From assembly GCA_052055015.1 (NCBI GenBank), contig JBQJIT010000056.1: a DNA stretch of 39,912 nucleotides; one strand, written 5' to 3'. Numbering within the stretch: position 1 is the stretch's first letter; every line of letters starts with the position of its first letter. The position numbers and the translations under genes were made by a program. Source of the DNA: Malassezia furfur. Lineage: Eukaryota. This document shows, piece after piece, positions 1 to 9,282 of this stretch. The notes under the pieces were generated by a model. The model did no database searches, was not told the DNA's origin, and saw only the letters and a program-made list of their open reading frames with translations.

Positions 1-72
1 GCGCCCGCGATCGCCGCACGCCCGATCTCGCGCGCACTGCCTGCCCCCGCCTCGACTCGGTTGTAGCGCACA

Positions 73-661
73 ATGAATCCACACCAGCAGGACAAGGTTG
101 ACATCTCGGTACGTTGTGCATGCCGCATGCATGCTGACTTGCCAGTCGCTCACGGAAGAAGAGCAGAAGCTCTTCCGTCTGTACGGCAAGCTGCCGACCC
201 GTAAGGACCTGCTCGCCAACAAACTCAAGGTAGGTTTGGTATCACTGCTCACCCCACAGGAGCGCAAATACTTTGATTCGGGCGATTACGCACTCTCTAA
301 GGCGGGGCGCGCGCCGAAGCAGTCGGTTGGGACCACGATCCCCAACCCAGACATGGTACCGCACGCGGCCAACGTGCAGCCGGGCACGCCGCCCATCCAC
401 ATCCCCGGCCACGCCGGCTCGCCGCCCCCCGACGGCCACGCGACGCCGATGGGCATTCCTGGGCGAAACGGCTCGAGCCCCACGGGCGGGCATGCCCACC
501 GGCTCTCTGCCTCGATTGGGAGCAACGTATTCGGCGCATCGCCGTCGCGGTCGTTGTTCCCTACTGCCACTGGCGTCCACGCAGGCAGTCCCGGCCGCGA
601 GCCAACGAGTGCGCTGGCGCGCGGCTCGATGGAGGCGGACGACGCGATGCGCGACGCCTAA
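73..661 (+). CDS. IGO1: Endosulfine/ARPP-19 family protein (Igo1/Igo2-like PP2A inhibitor)
   Basis: Exons 73-108, 146-229, 260-661; introns 109-145 (37 nt) and 230-259 (30 nt, in frame). Spliced product MNPHQQDKVDISSLTEEEQKLFRLYGKLP...KERKYFDSGDYALSKAG carries the diagnostic YFDSGDY Greatwall/Rim15 phosphosite. Confidence 0.92.
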
Positions 662-902
662 ATGCTTAACCCCCCGCATAACAGCGGTGTGGTGCGACGC
701 GGTGCGTGTCCGAGATTTGTGTGTGTGTGATGCGTCGAGGCTATGTACATTGTGGTGCCTGTGCGGTCCGCCCGAGACGGACCTGCGTACCATAGACCCT
801 GGGACCCCCGCCGGTTGTATGTAAATCTCTCCTTCCCACGTGACAAGGCGTGTGGGGGCGCGTGCTGCCTACGCCTACCACGGTGCGCAACGCGTTGGAG
901 CA

Positions 903-1428
903 ATGGATCCCATCACGCAGCTCGAGGACTCGCTCGACACACTGCTCAAGGTGATGGCATCAGCAATCGCCTACCTCTCGCGCAAGGCCGGGCACAAACA
1001 GGTGAATCCGCGTGTGCCGCTCACGGTACTCGGCACGACCGAAGCGCTGTCCGACGACGTGCTGAAGGCGAACCGCGAGGAGCTTGTGCACGACCTTGTG
1101 TCGCAGGCCAAGGAAGTTGAGCAGCACATCCGTGCGCTGCCGAGCCTCGATACAGACGAAGAGGCGCGGGTACGTGTGCCGCCCCACTGACGCAGACCGC
1201 CCGCTTCGAGGCGCTGCAGACACGCCTGCACACGGCCAACGATGCGTACCGCGCCGCGGTACAGGAAGCGCGTATGTGCCGGCCGCTTACCCAGACACAC
1301 TGCTCGGCCAGCTCGATACGCTGCTCGAGCGCCTGTGCGCCGAGCGCCAAGCGGCGCGCGACGTGCTCGACCCCCCGCCGGCCGCATCACGTGGCACAAG
1401 TGGAGGCGGCGTCGCGCGAACCACCTGA
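903..1428 (+). CDS. MED21: Mediator subunit Med21/Srb7-like
   Basis: Exons 903-1169, 1196-1271, 1295-1428; introns of 26 and 23 nt (GTACGT..CTGACGCAG; GTATGT..CTTACCCAG). MDPITQLEDSLDTL N-terminus, LVHDLVSQAKEVEQHIRALPS helix and coiled-coil C-terminus match the Med21 pattern. Confidence 0.8.
1386..1405. promoter_or_regulatory. Candidate E-box (ATCACGTGG) plus GTGGAG element upstream of the SREBP gene, inside the last MED21 exon
   Basis: CACGTG at 1388-1393 and CAAGTGGAGG at 1397-1406, about 70-90 nt before ATG 1478. Function is inferred only. Confidence 0.35.
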
Positions 1429-1477
1429 TTTCGGACGCGGCGGACGGGTGGCGCCACTACTTGCCTTCTGATCTGCG

Positions 1478-4400
1478 ATGGAGTCGGCGCCGTGGATGGT
1501 GCCTCCTGGCACGACACAAAGTATGGAGGTGATCCCGCCGCTGTCGGCGTCAGACGACACCCGTACGTGGGTCGCACACAGCGGTGTGCCTGAGTCGCCC
1601 AAGTACTGGGCCCAGGTCGAGCTGCCCGACATGTTCCTCAGCAATCTGTTCCAGCCGTCGGAAGAAGGCGCGCTGCGTGATGAGACCTTGACCGACTTTT
1701 CTGGCTCGGTGACGACCGGGAGCGACTCGGGCGAGAGCCCCGAGGCGTTCCAGGAGTTTATGCTCGGGCACACCTCGGATTCGTCGTCGCCTGCGCTGGA
1801 CACCAGCGACGGGCCACCGGTGCTGTCGACGCCTCCGGACGACGTGCCGGCATTCAAGGCAAATGCGTCGCTGGATGGCATGTTTGGCGCATGGGCCGCG
1901 CCAGGCGCGGGTGCGGGTGCCGCCCACGCGATGCCGGACGCGGCGCCAGCGCCGACCGTGTCGATGGACCACCTCTTTGCGCCCATCTTTTCGCTCGGCG
2001 GAAACGGTGCGCCTCTGTTTGCGCCTGCGCCGCACACCGAGCCCACCACTGCGGCCCAGCCCCCGCCTCCGGCGCCCCAGCCAGCGTCCGAGGCGGCACC
2101 GTCGGCACAGCCGTCGGTGCCTGCCGCGTCCTCTTCCGCCGATCTGCCCGCGCTGGGCCTGCTGCAGATGCCGACTGGGAGCAACGCCAACGCACACTCG
2201 GCGCTTGCACGTATCCGCGAGTTTGCCAAGCACGTCGACACCGACGTGGCGCCGTCCGACCGCGGCGCGCCGCGTGCACCAACAACGCAGCGCGCGAGTG
2301 CCGCGTCGACGGCCGAGTCGAGTGCGGCCACGTCGCCGTCCTCGGACGGCTCGGCGTGGTCCAAAAAGGTGGCCCATAACGCCATCGAGCGGCGGTACCG
2401 CAGCAACATCAACGACCGCATTGCGGGCCTTCGCGATGTGGTGCCGGCGCTGCGCGAGATGCGCCCCCGCGACGGCACGCGCCGGCGGCGGCGTAACAAG
2501 GCCGAGAAGGAGGAGCTGGTGGATGGCGTGGCGGCGGCGACCAAGATGAGCAAGGCGACGGTGCTGTCCAAGGCGACCGAGTACATCTGCTACCTAAAGT
2601 CGCGCGAGGTGCAGCTCGACCGCCAAGTGTCCGCGCTGCAGATGCTCGTGCGCAGTCTCGAGGGCGGCGACGAGCTGCTTGCCGCGTGGAACGCGGAGCT
2701 CGAGCGCGTCGACCGGCTGCACCCCCCCGCCGAGGCTGCGGGGCTTGCGGCGCCTTCCGGCACCGCCTCGCCGACCGACGACGACGAAGAGGAGGACGAC
2801 GACGAGGAGGAGGACGATGCGGCCGACGGTCCGCGGCGCAAGATGCCGCGGTACCTGCTCGGCGCGTTTGTCGGCTTCTCGGTCGTGAACCGGGCTGCGC
2901 CGTGGGCCGCACACGAGCCGCCGGCGCTGGCGCCGTCGCACACGCGCGTGCTGCATGCGGGGCACCAGCTGCTCAAGCGCGCGGGTGCCGCGGCCCCTGC
3001 GCCGCATGCATACGACCACGTGCCGACGGTGCACCTCGTCGCCGAGCTGCTCCGCACGCTGGCGCTCGTGGCCCTGGTCGGGGTGGTGCTGTATGCGGCC
3101 GTTGTGCGCGTGCACCGCGCGGCGAAGCACCGCCGCCTGAAGCGCGCGGAGCGCCTGCAGGAGGTGTGTGCGCTGCCGACGCTGCTCCAGACGCCGCTCG
3201 AGCAGGCGTGTGCGGCGTCGCCGGAGCCGCTCGACGAGGCGCGCGCGCGCTATGCGGCGCTGAGCCGCGCACTGCCCGCGTTTGACGTGCGTGTGCCGTT
3301 TGTGCGCGTCGTGGGCCAGGGCCTCGTGGCGTGTGCGCTCGCGCACGTCCCGCTGCTTGACCGCGCCGTGGCGTGGGCGATCCGGCACTCGAGCGACCCG
3401 ACGGTGCAGCGCCTCGAAAAGCATGTGTGCCTGCAGCGTCTCACGCTCGAGCTTGCGCTGGGCCGCGCGGTGCAGCCGTCAAATCTGCAGCGCCTGCTCA
3501 CCCTCGCCACCTGGCAAAAGCACCTGCTTGCCGCGCCGCACACCCACGAGGAGCGCGTGCTGCTGGCGCTGGGGTATGCGTCGCTCGCGCCGCACTCGCT
3601 GCTGCGCACGTGGCTTGCGTACCAGGGCGCGCAGCTGTGGAACGAGGCGCGCGCCGTGCACGTCGACGCCGGCGCCGCACGCGCGCCGGACCGCCGCGCG
3701 GCACACGCCGTGCTCGGCGACGTGCTGCGCCTGCCGCTCGATGTCGCGTGCACCTACGCACAGTCGCACCCCGCGGCGCGCACCGGCGAGCTCACGAGCG
3801 TCACGGACTCGGACACGCGCGGCGCGTGGGTGTGTGCGGCGCCGCTGCGCAACATCCTCGACGCGATGCGCAACGAAGAGCTCCTCGCGTTCTGGACGGC
3901 GCTCCTCGCGAGCCTCATGCGCGGCGACGACCATGCACGTGACACCCCCGCCGCGGCGCTGCGTCCGCACGTGCTGGACGTCGTGGCGGACCGCGCGAGC
4001 CGCCTCGGCCTGCGCCAGCGGCTCGCGACGATCGCGCACGCGCGGCCCGTGCACAACGTGCTCGCCGCCGAGCAGCTCGCGGTCGCCATGGCGACGCTCG
4101 AGCTCGTCTCGGGGCGCCTGTCGCAGGCGCAGCAGTGCACGCGCGCGCTCGCAGCGCGTCCGCTGCGCTCCAACGCGGCGCACGCGCTCGTGACGCTCGT
4201 GCTGCAGGCGCCGCCGAAGCAGGTCGCGCCCACCGGGCCCGTCGATGCACTCGCCTCGGTCGTGCTGCACTGGCTGCAGCTGCAGCGCGCGCATGCCATG
4301 TCGCAGGCGCCGCCCGCGGAGCATGCCGAGGCCGTGGCCAAGCTGCAGGCGCTCGCGTCGCAGTGCATCTGGGAGGTGGTGTCGCCCACGCCGACGCGCC

Positions 4401-4633
4401 GCCCCGTCGTGCGCAGCACGCCGCTCACCGCCGTCGAGCAGGTGCAGCAGCTCCTCGCCGACGTCTTCCCCCAGACGGCGCCGGCGCCGCCCGCCGTGCA
4501 GCTCGCGCAGCGCGATTGGCACCGCGACACGTACGCGGCGCACCGCGCGCACATCCCTTCGCTCACCACCTCGCTGGACACACTTATGGACCGCCTGGGG
4601 TCGCTCGGCACCGAGACGCCGTCGGCCCTCTGA
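1478..4633 (+). CDS. SRE1: SREBP-family membrane-bound bHLH-Zip transcription factor (Sre1-like)
   Basis: Intronless 1051-aa ORF. The basic region KKVAHNAIERRYRSNINDRI has the SREBP-specific Tyr, followed by SKATVLSKATEYICYL and a zipper. Two hydrophobic segments follow (YLLGAFVGFSVV; LLRTLALVALVGVVLYAAVV), then a long C-terminal domain. Confidence 0.85.
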   Translation: MESAPWMVPPGTTQSMEVIPPLSASDDTRTWVAHSGVPESPKYWAQVELPDMFLSNLFQPSEEGALRDETLTDFSGSVTTGSDSGESPEAFQEFMLGHTSDSSSPALDTSDGPPVLSTPPDDVPAFKANASLDGMFGAWAAPGAGAGAAHAMPDAAPAPTVSMDHLFAPIFSLGGNGAPLFAPAPHTEPTTAAQPPPPAPQPASEAAPSAQPSVPAASSSADLPALGLLQMPTGSNANAHSALARIREFAKHVDTDVAPSDRGAPRAPTTQRASAASTAESSAATSPSSDGSAWSKKVAHNAIERRYRSNINDRIAGLRDVVPALREMRPRDGTRRRRRNKAEKEELVDGVAAATKMSKATVLSKATEYICYLKSREVQLDRQVSALQMLVRSLEGGDELLAAWNAELERVDRLHPPAEAAGLAAPSGTASPTDDDEEEDDDEEEDDAADGPRRKMPRYLLGAFVGFSVVNRAAPWAAHEPPALAPSHTRVLHAGHQLLKRAGAAAPAPHAYDHVPTVHLVAELLRTLALVALVGVVLYAAVVRVHRAAKHRRLKRAERLQEVCALPTLLQTPLEQACAASPEPLDEARARYAALSRALPAFDVRVPFVRVVGQGLVACALAHVPLLDRAVAWAIRHSSDPTVQRLEKHVCLQRLTLELALGRAVQPSNLQRLLTLATWQKHLLAAPHTHEERVLLALGYASLAPHSLLRTWLAYQGAQLWNEARAVHVDAGAARAPDRRAAHAVLGDVLRLPLDVACTYAQSHPAARTGELTSVTDSDTRGAWVCAAPLRNILDAMRNEELLAFWTALLASLMRGDDHARDTPAAALRPHVLDVVADRASRLGLRQRLATIAHARPVHNVLAAEQLAVAMATLELVSGRLSQAQQCTRALAARPLRSNAAHALVTLVLQAPPKQVAPTGPVDALASVVLHWLQLQRAHAMSQAPPAEHAEAVAKLQALASQCIWEVVSPTPTRRPVVRSTPLTAVEQVQQLLADVFPQTAPAPPAVQLAQRDWHRDTYAAHRAHIPSLTTSLDTLMDRLGSLGTETPSAL

Positions 4634-4666
4634 GACACCGTTGTAGTATACAGGGTATAGGATTTT

Positions 4667-6740
4667 CTACTCGACGTGAATCACGCCGTCCTCGTCTGCG
4701 CCGCGCCGCACACGCTTCGCCGCGGCCGGCGCTCGTGCGCCCGTGCGCTTCGTGGCGCCGCGCGGCACCGCAGCATCGGCGTGCGACACGTCCATCGTCG
4801 CGTCGTGCAGCACGACGCGCACGGTGCCCTGCAGATGCTGTGCATCGCGCAGCGCATACTGCGCGAGTTTCATGGCGTGCCGCCCAGGCGCCAGGTACAC
4901 ATTCACCGTGTACGCCGTTGCGTGGAACGACTCGGTCAGGTAGCCGGCCAGCAGCAGCTGCACCAGCAACCGCTCCGCATTCTCGCGCGACAGCTCCACC
5001 TTGCCGCCCAGCGCCGCGAGGTCGACGCGCGCCGTCGCACTCGAGGGACGTCCAGCATCGTCCGCGACCTTGTACTGCGCGCCGCCAATGCCGCGGCAGA
5101 CGTCCGCAAGCGCACTCAGCGTGCACCGCCCGCCATGCTGGTCAATGTCGCGCGCGGCCATCACGACCTTCCACGCGGCAAACGACACGTCCACGGGGCG
5201 CCGCGCGTCGGCGTACACGCAGTTGTCGCACACACCGCACGCCTCTGCCTTGGGCTCCTCAAAGTACTGCGCAAAGAGCTGCTTGCGGCACATCGCCGAC
5301 TGCGCATAGTCGAGCATGGCATGCACTGCGGGTGAGTCATCGACGTACGCTTCGCCTGGCCGCCGACCTCGCCCGCGGTCAGCGAGCTGACACGCGCCGC
5401 GTCGGGCGCACGGTAAAAGAGCACGCAGTGTGCTTCGTGCCCATCGCGTCTGCCGGTAAGCTGGCCACGTACCCTGCGCGGCCCGTCTCCTGGTAGTAGC
5501 CGTCCAGCGACTTGGACAGACACGCATGCAAGACAAAGCGCACGTCACCCTTGTCGATGCCCATGCCAAACGCAATCGTGGCGCACACGACCGTGACGCG
5601 GCCCGTGCGCCAGTCGGCGTGCACGCGCTGCTTGTCTGCCTCGTCGACGTCGGCATGGTACACACCCGTCCGAATCCGGCCATCGCTCAGGCGCCGCAGC
5701 GCATCGGCGACCGTGTGGGTATCCTTGCGGCTCAGGCAGTACACGATGCCGGACTCGTTCGCATGGTGCTGCTCAATGTACGCACACATCGCCTGGTGCG
5801 CCGCGAGCGTGTTCGCTGGGCGCGTCACCACCGCGTACCGCAGATTCGCACGGTGCAGCGGCGCGCGGAAATACACGGTGCGTCGCGCAACGGCCGCCTC
5901 GGGCGGCGTCGTGGGCCGCAGGCCGAGGATCTGCAGTACGTCATGCAGTGCCTGCCGACCTAGCGTCGCAGTGAGCGCCATGATGGGCGTGCGAGGAAAT
6001 AGCCGCCGGCAGATCGACAGCTTGTTGTAGTCCGGACGGTAGTCATGGCCCAGTGTGCTGCAGCAGTGCGCCTCGTCGACAACGAGGCGGCTCAGGCGGC
6101 CCTGCTCGTACGCGTGCTGCAACGCCGCCAGCAGCGTCTTGGACTTGGCGACGCGCTCCGGCGTCACGTACAGCAGCTTGGGCGCCTCGATGTCGTCACG
6201 CACCGCACGCAGCACCGCACTGGCCTCCTCCTTGGTCGTAGTGCTCGAGAGCAGTGCACACGGCACGCCGCGCGCGCGCAAATTGACGACCTGGTCATGC
6301 ATGAGTGCAATCAGTGGCGAGATGACCAGCGTCACGGCGTCGCTCAGGAGCGCCGGCAGCTGGTAACACAGCGACTTCCCCGCACCGGTCGGCATGACGA
6401 CCACCACATCGCGGCCGTCCATCGCGGCATTGCACACACACTCCTGGCCAGCACGGAATGCCTCGATGCCAAACACGGTCTGCGCGCGCCGCAACAGCTC
6501 GGTCGACCATGGGAACGTCGCGGTATAGTCGGTCGTGTGCTCGACGGCGTCGCGCTGCGCCGCGCGTTGCTCCGCAAGGATCGTCCGGCGCTCGTCCAGC
6601 AGTTCGCGCTTAATGCGTGTCAGCTCTTGCACCTGATGCACAATCTGCTCGACTTCTGCGTCGATCGCAGCAAGGCGCGCATGCGCCGCTGGGTCGAGGT
6701 CGTCCGCGTACTGCACATCCACCACCTCGACGTCCGACAT
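4667..6740 (-). CDS. RECQL: RecQ-family ATP-dependent DNA helicase, RECQ1-like (helicase, Zn and RQC domains; no obvious HRDC)
   Basis: ATG at 6740 (MSDVEVVDV); introns 5450-5472 and 5326-5348 (23 nt each). Motifs MPTGAGKS, VVDEAHC, ALTAT, ATIAFGMGIDKGDVR, YYQETGRAG|RDG (restored by splicing) and Zn site CRKQLFAQYF..CGVCDNC. Confidence 0.9.
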
Positions 6741-6752
6741 CCAAGTGGAGGG
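6741..6752. promoter_or_regulatory. 12-nt spacer between divergent start codons, containing the recurrent GTGGAG element
   Basis: CAT-CCAAGTGGAGGG-ATG: RecQ ATG at 6740 (-) and the next gene's ATG at 6753 (+). Confidence 0.5.
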
Positions 6753-8003
6753 ATGGAAGACGCGCCGTCCGACGCGCCGCTCGACGCGCTGTTCGGCGCC
6801 GCACTCGACTTCGACACACCCGAGACGCCCAGTGCGGCCGAGGACCGGCGCGCACAGCGTTTCCGCGCGGGCTTTGAGCATGCACGTGCGACGTACCGCC
6901 CCAAAATTGACGACGAAGCATGGTTCTTCGCCGAGGGCGTGACTGACGATCCAGCCGCCGTCGAGACGGCGCGCTCCATGGATGCCAAGACGTCACAGCA
7001 GCTGCGTACGTGTCCTCTACTGACCTCAGAGGCATGCCTCATGTACCTGTACTACCGCAAACGCTACGACGGCGCCTACCGCTGGGCCTGTGCGCTTCTC
7101 CGCCGACTGCACGCGCTGCCTGACGCGCCGGACCTCGACTGGCTCGCGGCCGGCACTGTGCCGCGCGCACCGTCGCAAACCAAGCTCGCCAAGTCGCTCA
7201 GCGGTTCGGCAGTGGCACGCGAGTCGCTAGACATTGCGCTGCGCTGCCTACTACATACGCACCCCGCAGACGCGCCGTGGGTGTGGACGGACGTGGACCG
7301 TAGCGTGGTGCTTGCCGCGTTCCACAAGGTGCGACTCGACCCCGACGCGTACAAGGGGCTGCTCGTGGATGGAGATGTCGACGAGGAGGCTGCCAAACGC
7401 TGCTTGGTACGTCGCGTACTCACACAGTGGACGCCGCTTCCTGGGTTGGCCATGTCGCTGGGCGAAGTGTGCCTACGTAGCGGCTATGCGCGCGGCGCCA
7501 TCGAAGCACTGGCACTCGTGCTGGGCGTACGTGGTACTCAGTGGCGCGCACTCGCCCTTACAGCACGCGCATGTGCACTATATGCCGACGAAACGCACAA
7601 CGCTGCGCTGCGCACGCTCGCCCACGCGTGCCTGGCGTGTGCGCTGCAGGTGTGTACCCCCGCGCGGCGCGTCGTCCTTGCGCGCGCGGTGCTCGCAGGC
7701 GAGCTCATTCCCCAGGCGCTATTGCCCGCGCCTGTACCGACGCAAGCGGCTGCGCAGCCGAGCGACGCGGCACAGGACGCGGCCCTGCTGCGTTCGCTCG
7801 CGCCAACGTTGATGAGCGAGGCGGCAGCCGTCGCGATCGTGCACTGCGCGCTGCGTCGCCGCGGCGGCGTCACAGCGCTCGCACTGCGCCTTCCCTCCTA
7901 CCTTCATTCGGCCCACGAGCTGCTCGCGGGCCGCGATACCCCGTGGACGGCCGACGACGACGACGCGGCGGCGGACGCACCCCGTAGCGTCAAAACGCTG
8001 TAG
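6753..8003 (+). CDS. Hypothetical alpha-helical (possibly TPR-like) protein
   Basis: ATG at 6753 ([10 protein letters not shown]); the upstream part of the track ORF is antisense to RecQ. Probable in-frame introns 7006-7029 (24 nt) and 7407-7427 (21 nt) match the local consensus. Ala/Leu-rich amphipathic helices; I recognise no family. Confidence 0.7.
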   Translation: MEDAPSDAPLDALFGAALDFDTPETPSAAEDRRAQRFRAGFEHARATYRPKIDDEAWFFAEGVTDDPAAVETARSMDAKTSQQLRTCPLLTSEACLMYLYYRKRYDGAYRWACALLRRLHALPDAPDLDWLAAGTVPRAPSQTKLAKSLSGSAVARESLDIALRCLLHTHPADAPWVWTDVDRSVVLAAFHKVRLDPDAYKGLLVDGDVDEEAAKRCLVRRVLTQWTPLPGLAMSLGEVCLRSGYARGAIEALALVLGVRGTQWRALALTARACALYADETHNAALRTLAHACLACALQVCTPARRVVLARAVLAGELIPQALLPAPVPTQAAAQPSDAAQDAALLRSLAPTLMSEAAAVAIVHCALRRRGGVTALALRLPSYLHSAHELLAGRDTPWTADDDDAAADAPRSVKTL

Positions 8004-8026
8004 ATGTGGAGGTTCTTCTGGCGACG

Positions 8027-9268
8027 ATGCCGGGCACGGAGCGAGGCGAGCCACTGCGTACGGTGGCGCGGCCTTACCTTGCGCTCGGGCTCGAGGGCAG
8101 CGCAAACAAGCTGGGCGTCGGTATCATTCGGCATGCGCCGCCGACAAGCGACGGATTTGGCGCGCAGCTGAATGGCGCCCAAGTCGACATCCTCTCCAAC
8201 GTCCGGCACACGTACGTCACGCCGCCGGGGCAGGGCTTCCTGCCAAGCGACACAGCCAAGCACCACAAGCACTGGATCATTCGCGTTGTGAGCGAGGCGG
8301 TGCGTGCGAGCGGCATCGCGAGTCTCGACGAGGTGGACTGCATCTGCTTCACCAAGGGCCCCGGCATGGGAGCTCCGCTGCAGGCCGTGTCGCTGGTCGC
8401 GCGCACGCTCGCGCTGATGTACAACAAGCCGCTTGTCGGCGTCAACCACTGTGTTGGTCATATTGAGATGGGGCGCACAATCACGGGCGCCATGAACCCC
8501 GTCGTGCTGTATGTGTCGGGCGGAAATACCCAAGTGATTGCGTACTCGGCGCAGCGCTACCGCATCTTTGGCGAGACACTCGACATTGCCGTGGGCAATT
8601 GCCTCGACCGGTTTGCCCGTGTGATCGGGCTCAGCAACGACCCGTCGCCGGGCTTCAACATCGAGCGCGAGGCGCGCAAGGGCAAGCGGCTGATGCCGCT
8701 CCCCTACGGCACCAAAGGCATGGACGTCTCGCTCGCGGGCATGCTGAGCGCGACTGAGGCGTACACCAAGGACAAGCGGTTCCGTCCGAACGCACCGATG
8801 GCCTCTGACGTACCGGTGGGCGCGCTGGCGAACGGCGGCCTGCTCGCTGCGAACGCACAGCACGCCGTGGATCGCGACGCGGCGGACGAAGCGCCGACGT
8901 GCGACTTGGCCGGCAACGAGATCGACGTCATCACGCCCGCGGATCTGTGCTTCAGTCTCCAGGAGCACATTTTTGCGATGCTGGTGGAGATCACCGAGCG
9001 CGCCATGGCGCATATTGGGAGCAAGGATGTGCTGATTGTCGGCGGCGTCGGGTGCAATGCGCGACTCCAGGAAATGATGGGGATCATGGCGCACGAGCGC
9101 GGCGGCAACGTGTTTGCGACGGATGAACGTTTCTGTATCGACAATGGGATCATGATTGCACATGCGGGACTGCTGGCGTACCGCATGGGGCAGACTACGC
9201 CGCTGGCCAAGACGACCACGACCCAGCGGTACCGGACCGACACTCCGCACATTACATGGCGGTCATAG
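8027..9268 (+). CDS. KAE1: tRNA N6-adenosine threonylcarbamoyltransferase Kae1/OSGEP (KEOPS complex)
   Basis: Motifs [79 protein letters not shown] and TQRYRTD. Intronless; first ATG at 8027. Confidence 0.97.
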   Translation: MPGTERGEPLRTVARPYLALGLEGSANKLGVGIIRHAPPTSDGFGAQLNGAQVDILSNVRHTYVTPPGQGFLPSDTAKHHKHWIIRVVSEAVRASGIASLDEVDCICFTKGPGMGAPLQAVSLVARTLALMYNKPLVGVNHCVGHIEMGRTITGAMNPVVLYVSGGNTQVIAYSAQRYRIFGETLDIAVGNCLDRFARVIGLSNDPSPGFNIEREARKGKRLMPLPYGTKGMDVSLAGMLSATEAYTKDKRFRPNAPMASDVPVGALANGGLLAANAQHAVDRDAADEAPTCDLAGNEIDVITPADLCFSLQEHIFAMLVEITERAMAHIGSKDVLIVGGVGCNARLQEMMGIMAHERGGNVFATDERFCIDNGIMIAHAGLLAYRMGQTTPLAKTTTTQRYRTDTPHITWRS

Positions 9269-9282
9269 GGTATCGAGTAGCA

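Noticed and set aside
718..790. Short (GT)n run and GGTCCG/CGGACC hairpin downstream of the endosulfine gene
   Set aside because: Too short to distinguish from chance in GC-rich DNA; no tRNA, snoRNA or snRNA hallmarks; probably 3' UTR.
5326..5472. Apparent frameshifts or pseudogenes in RecQ, GH16, TDP1, NECAP, the MAPK and others
   Set aside because: Every frame break coincides with a consensus GT..branch..YAG micro-intron whose removal restores conserved motifs, so neither pseudogenisation nor programmed frameshifting is needed.
6045..6881. Apparent long overlap between the 652-aa plus ORF and the RecQ ORF
   Set aside because: Both extensions are stop-free antisense frames typical of GC-rich DNA; the ATGs at 6740 and 6753 resolve the overlap.
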